Below are positions 58,422-64,000 of a stretch of DNA of 64,000 nucleotides, one piece after another. Position 1 is the first letter of the stretch. Every line of letters starts with the position of its first letter. A program made the position numbers and the translations under genes. The notes beneath the pieces are model-generated. The model had not been told where the DNA came from. It did not search any database and saw only the letters and a list, made by a program, of their open reading frames with translations. The DNA is from Eledone cirrhosa. Taxonomy: Eukaryota. The stretch spans positions 282,534,001 through 282,598,000 of the forward strand of contig OZ024740.1 of assembly GCA_964016885.1 (NCBI GenBank). The letters run 5' to 3'.

Positions 58422-58872
58422 TTAAGAAGAGCAGAACAAACAAACATTAAACAATTCTTTTAAGAATTTAAAAAAATGATTTAAATATCTACCCGTTCAT
58501 AATGCTATTACCGGGGGTTTCGCTTTACAAAAAGTTAGAGATTCGGAGAATTCGTTGCTACTTACTGCTATTTTCTTTAGCAGAATAGCCATCAACGAGT
58601 CTGTAATATTTCCCGCTTTTTCTAGTGGTCTGTTCATGTGTGGGTCATTCTAACGGCCTTACTTACACTAGCTGGTAGTTGCCAATATATTTGCAGACTG
58701 TGGGACTAGTTTCCTACTGTATGGAAATAGCTATCTGATGAACTTTACTTTTCCGTTAGAAATTCTCCGAATCTCTAACCTTTTGTAAAGCGAAACCCCC
58801 GGGTAGATATTTAAATCATTTTTTTAATTTTTAAAAGAATTATTTAATGTTTGTTTGTTCTGCTCTTCTTAA
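58422..58872. mobile_element. Fold-back element with ~115-bp arms and a long-stem-II HHR at 58732-58809 (+)
   Basis: CUGAUGA-acuuuac..guuaga..ucuaac..guaaagc-GAAAC-ccccgg-GUA; stem I register is off by one base. Confidence 0.7.
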
Positions 58873-59074
58873 TTTATATATATATATAAATATGGGCCTT
58901 CCAATTTCATTTTACATTGTATACAATTCTGCGTATATTTAAATTATTAAAGAAACCGACCATAGTATGACACCAAATCTACAACACCACTTACTATACT
59001 AAACCAGACTCACCTCTGCATCGTGTGCTTAAGTTGGTGAACCAATAATAACGTAAAGTTACAATCCATTAAAC

Positions 59075-59128
<54 letters not shown>

Positions 59129-59271
59129 AGTGGAAGGTTAGTAAAATCGAAGTTTTGGCTGTGGCCAAGCTAACGATATACAATTAGGAATGTGCAGAAA
59201 GCACTCGATAAGGTTGTAGGCCTTAGAGTAATAACATACGTTTAGACAGGTTGACAAATTGAAAATTGCGG

Positions 59272-59596
59272 CAGGTAAACCTGTGCCCCGGCATTCGAGG
59301 TCCTGGTTATTCGCGGAATTTTCCTTAGAACCTAACTAATAATTGTTCGTTGAAACCACCGCATATTTGCGGGATCGTAAATATATTCCGCGAATTTTTT
59401 ATGACGTTTTTCGTGGCAATATATCATTTTCACGCTTTTTAACTCTAAATTATTAATAACAATATACTGTACTTGCCGGCCTATATTTTATGTTATGTTT
59501 TGACGTTTATAGGAATTTCTATGGACCACGCCCGATACTCGCGGTTTTTCTCTCTTCGCAGGTGCATCTAGGAACGTAACCCCCGGGGGACAACTG
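59272..59596. mobile_element. Tigger/pogo-like MITE
   Basis: cag..tattcgcgg and ggaacgtaacccccg..gggacaactg ends typical of Tigger-type MITEs. Confidence 0.5.
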
Positions 59597-59614
59597 ACAT
59601 TTTACTATAATTAT

Positions 59615-59664
<50 letters not shown>

Positions 59665-59806
59665 TCAGGTTAGTAGGAGTTAGGTATTATATACCCGTGT
59701 CCCATTAAGGTATTGGCAGCATAATAATTAGCTCTATGCTTTGGAGCAGAGCCGTATATATGAAAAAGAACACAAGAGCGTCTACAACATCAAAAGGTTT
59801 TTATTG

Positions 59807-59853
59807 GCTAACAATGTTTCTTCCTTACGTGTAACCGTAGGATTCATCAGAGC
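59807..59853 (-). ncRNA. Type I hammerhead ribozyme (left arm)
   Basis: Reverse complement of 62342-62388. Confidence 0.8.
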
Positions 59854-62341
59854 TACAAAAGGGGCCCGACTGGTGTTATGGACTCTACCAACCAAACACC
59901 CAAGAACAAAGAGTAAAGAGGGTAAAGAGCAAAAGTAGGGGACGATAAGTCTAATTTTGGTGCGGGAGGGTGGGGTGTTGGTCCTTGTTTACTAGCTGCG
60001 GTCATATTCATTCCCGGGGGTCGGGTGGTTAGCTGAACCATAGATGGGGTGGCGTGGATAGTATGGTGCAGAGGGTGCGCAGAGGCTACACAAACACAAA
60101 GGGCGTAGAATACATATATACATATAGCGGAGGAGGTACATGAGGTAATTAGAAATGGAAAAAGAGTAATAATAATAATCAATAATTAATAGTGTATAAT
60201 AAGGCATGGGGAAGATTACACTATAATAAGGTATAAAGGTAAGAATAAGGTAAAATATAAAGGAGGATAAAAGTGGAAATAATAATAAAGATAAAAAATA
60301 TATAGAGAATATATAAGGAAATATAAGCGAATATTTGGAGGGGAAAACACAATGTAAAAAAACCGATTTTTTTCATACAATAATAAAAAAAAAATAATTA
60401 TGGGGGGGGGGGGGGGGGGGGCAGGACAGAGAAATATGATCAAGTGTGATTCGTTGAGAGAATATAGGATGATAACAGTCGTGTCCAGTTTATACATCTT
60501 AATAATAAATAATAAACAATATGTGTATCAGAGTTGCAGAACCTTCAATTCACTTACGGGTTCAAGCCACGTGGCATGGTCCATTGTTTATCTGTGCGGT
60601 CATGTGCGTTTGTTTTTGACACCACAGCAGATGCACAAGTTTGTAAATTCCAATGCAGATAGAAGTCAATTTTTGCTCACCCGGACATTGACCGAGGATC
60701 CAATATTCCTAGTTCAAAATGTGTTTGGTGTTATTTTGTTTGCACAAATCAATCAATTGGTTCAATATATGGAGTATGGTTTCCTGGTCTTCATGACAGT
60801 GTCAGTGGTTGTATATTTGGAAGTCACAAGGATTACAGTACTCCGGTTTGGTGTGATACCCAAACGTTGAACTTTGGTGTCGATAGGACATCAACGAAGC
60901 AGGGTGATATCGCAATGTGGTACAAAACGGTGCGGAAGGAAAATCTTCGTCTTCGTTTCATCCGGGTCCAGTAGTCACGTGCAAGAACCGCTACGTAGTA
61001 ATTGTGGGGTTAATCAGTCAAGTCAGCAACTGACCGAAAATTCAGGCAGGCATAACAGCTTTTTTATGTGTGTACGTGTGTCCGACACACACAGACACAT
61101 ATCTATATGTATTTCAACCCAAAAAACCCAAATGATTCACCCAGTGGTACTACAATCGGTCAAGACCGTAACTGGCCGACAGTTCCCTTAGGGATTCAGA
61201 CAGGCATGACAGGTATATTTAGGTCAAGAGCCTCCTTATGTGTTCGTGTGTTCGATACACACAGACACATATCCACATGTATTTCAACTCAAAAAATTTC
61301 AGTTGATTCCCCCATTGATATCATATCTGTGCTGTTTGGATATGCATGCTGTGGTGTTCTGGTCGTGCATATCATTCACTGTATTTTGCCACTACATTGG
61401 AATGTGATGTTATGGTATAACATCACATTCCAAATTTTGAACCAATTGATTGATTTGTGCAAACAAAATAACACCAAACACATTTTGAACTAGGAATATT
61501 GGATCCTCGGTCAATGTCCGGGTGAGCAAAAATAGAGTTCTATCTGCATTGGAATTTACGAACTTGTGCATCTGCTGTGGTGTCAAAAACAAACGCACAT
61601 GACCGCACAGATAAACAATGGACCATGCCACGTGGCTTGAACCCGTAAGTGAATTGAAGGTTCTGCAACTCTGATATACATATTGTTTATTATTTATTAT
61701 TAAGATGTATAAACTGGACACGACTGTTATCATCCTATATTCTCTCAACGAATCACACTTGATCATATTTCTCTGTCCTGTCCCCCCCCCCCCATAATTA
61801 TTTTTTTTTTATTATTGTTTGAAAAAAATCGGTTTTTTTACATTGTGTTTTCCCCTCCAAATATTCGCTTATATTTCCTTATATATTCTCTATATATTTT
61901 TTATCTTTATTATTATTTCCACTTTTATCCTCCTTTATATTTTACCTTATTCTTACCTTTATACCTTATTATAGTGTAATCTTCCCCATGCCTTATTATA
62001 CACTATTAATTATTGATTATTATTATTACTCTTTTTCCATTTCTAATTACCTCATGTACCTCCTCCGCTATATGTATATATGTATTCTACGCCCTTTGTG
62101 TTTGTGTAGCCTCTGCGCACCCTCTGCACCATACTATCCACGCCACCCCATCTATGGTTCAGCTAACCACCCGACCCCCGGGAATGAATATGACCGCAGC
62201 TAGTAAACAAGGACCAACACCCCACCCTCCCGCACCAAAATTAGACTTATCGTCCCCTACTTTTGCTCTTTACCCTCTTTACTCTTTGTTCTTGGGTGTT
62301 TGGTTGGTAGAGTCCATAACACCAGTCGGGCCCCTTTTGTA

Positions 62342-62388
62342 GCTCTGATGAATCCTACGGTTACACGTAAGGAAGAAACATTGTTAGC
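62342..62388 (+). ncRNA. Type I hammerhead ribozyme (right arm)
   Basis: gcu-CUGAUGA-auccuacg(guuaca)cguaaggaa-GAAAC-auu-GUU-agc, then AATAAA. Confidence 0.8.
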
Positions 62389-62429
62389 CAATAAAAACCT
62401 TTTGATGTTGTAGACGCTCTTGTGTTCTT

Positions 62430-62471
<42 letters not shown>

Positions 62472-62474
62472 ACA

Positions 62475-62676
62475 ATAATAAATTTGAAGACTAAAATCCA
62501 AAGAGGGCTCGATAAGGATAAATATATATCAACTATATAAGAACCGTAGAGCAAATATTTATTAAAGTAACAGATTAAAGTTTAAGCAAAGAATCGCTGC
62601 TTTCACCCTTAACCCAGAAGATCCCGTTAAGTGTGAGAGCATCGATTCTTTGCTTAAACTTTAATCTCTTATTTTA

Positions 62677-62685
<9 letters not shown>
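62475..62685. mobile_element. TA-associated fold-back repeat family (also ~14795-14935, ~32415-32595, ~39980-40112)
   Basis: Shared aatttgaagactaaaatcc..taacagattaaagtttaag; ~58-bp inverted arms here. Confidence 0.8.
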
Positions 62686-62728
<43 letters not shown>

Positions 62729-62829
62729 TATAATATAATAATAATTATAATAAAACATCAGGACACTGACGGCTGAGCGCTTGCCGTTTCAAAAGCTACT
62801 TTCAGAATATATATATATATATATATATA

Positions 62830-63807
62830 CTGTGCGAAATTCCTTCCTTGCTCACATTTCAACCAGGTTTGATGGTCTTTATTCTCTCTCGTTCACGATT
62901 TCAGCGAATTTAAATTCATAGAAATTTGGGACTTGACTCCTTCTTCCTCATTTTTCGTTGCTTCACCATTTTTGTTTGTTTACACTCGTGTCCCCTTTAT
63001 TTACGTGTCCCAACGACTTTTTTTAGCCGTTGCTCGCACCAACCGGAGGTATATGGTCTTTAAAGCGATGAAATACCAATGATGGTTGGAAGATCACTGA
63101 TGAAGGACTAACTTTATTCATATGTAACCCATTAGCAACCCCGCAGCACGTTTATTTCATATTTACACATATTTTTTCCCCTGCTGTTACCCGTCTATTT
63201 CGTTCTTACTGCTTCCTCTTTCTCCGTATCTTTACCCTCTCTAGCAGTCACTCTCTCTGTTAGCCTCTTCCTCACCCTTCACTCACTCATTCTCCGTTAC
63301 TACCTCTCCTCCTCCTTCTTCCCGTTTGACCTGTGCGTAATTCTTTTCTTTCGCACGCTTGGCCAGGCCGGTCGGCATTTTTTCTCTCTCTCGTCTACGA
63401 TTTCACAGAACTTATGTTTACCGAATTCACAGACTACACCCCTTCTTCCTCCCGTTAGACCTGTGCGAAATTCCTTCCTTTCTCACATTTCAACCAGGTT
63501 TGATGGTCTTTATTCTCTCTCGTTCACGATTTCACCGAATTTAAATTCATAAAAATTTGGGACTTGACTCCTTCTTCCTCACTTTTCGTTGCTTCACCAT
63601 CTTTGTTTGTTTACACTCGTGTCCCCTTTATTTACGTGTCCCAACGACTTTTTTTAGCCGTTGCTCGCACCAACCGGAGGTATATGGTCTTTAAAGCGAT
63701 GAAATACCGATGATGGTTGGAAGATCACTGATGAAGGACTAACTTTATTCATATGTAACCCATTAGCAACCCCGCAGCACGTTTATTTCATATTTACACA
63801 TATTTTT
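62830..63807. repeat. Partial tandem duplication: ~345-bp direct repeats, period ~631
   Basis: 62830-63176 matches 63461-63807; TA-flanked; related fragment at ~52700-52790 (-). Confidence 0.9.
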
Positions 63808-63885
63808 ATATATACCCTCACAGACGCACAACACACACACGCGCTTGCCAGCACACACACACTCACACACGTATATATATTATAA

Positions 63886-64000
63886 CTGTTTCTACTTTTG
63901 GCACAAGGGCAGCAATCATCCCAGTGCATTACTGGTACTTTATTTTATCGACCCCATAAGGATGAAAGGCAAAGTTAACCTCGGCGGGATTTGAACTCAG
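63886..64000 (-). mobile_element. Dominant SINE copy, cut by the window edge
   Basis: Homology to other copies. Confidence 0.9.

Larger units (their letters stand above)
59761..62434. mobile_element. 2.7-kb palindromic element: ~1-kb inverted arms, HHR-capped ends, L1/Tx1-like zinc-finger remnant
   Basis: Arms 59761-60765 and 61437-62434 are nearly identical; flanked by TA repeats. Confidence 0.9.

Noticed and set aside
63055-63110. Type II hammerhead
   Set aside because: Stem II is not adjacent to GAAA and no valid NUH or stem I is present.

Overview
AT-rich, repeat-dense animal DNA with no recognisable host gene exon. The SINE family and microsatellite load suggest a coleoid cephalopod, probably Octopus (inference). 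Most long ORFs in the track are (TA)n/(CA)n/(GA)n artefacts. The real coding remnants are all decayed transposons: RTE-clade LINEs, two CRE-clade (RLE) LINE fragments, Penelope-like (PLE) RT and GIY-YIG remnants, a Helitron PIF1 fragment and an L1/Tx1-like zinc-finger end. There are also many tRNA-derived SINEs and a few MITEs. The main signal is about 17 type I hammerhead ribozyme (HHR) motifs, plus several degenerate ones, from many sequence families. Nearly all sit in small islands inside (TA)n microsatellites, often as fold-back palindromes. Three examples stand out: a young 316-bp tandem array with a U3-A8 core-variant HHR in each unit (retrozyme-like, 33938-35210), a 2.7-kb palindrome joining a LINE zinc-finger remnant to HHR/AATAAA ends (59761-62434), and an HHR family with a long covarying stem II. 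All folds and coordinates were read by eye and none were computed.
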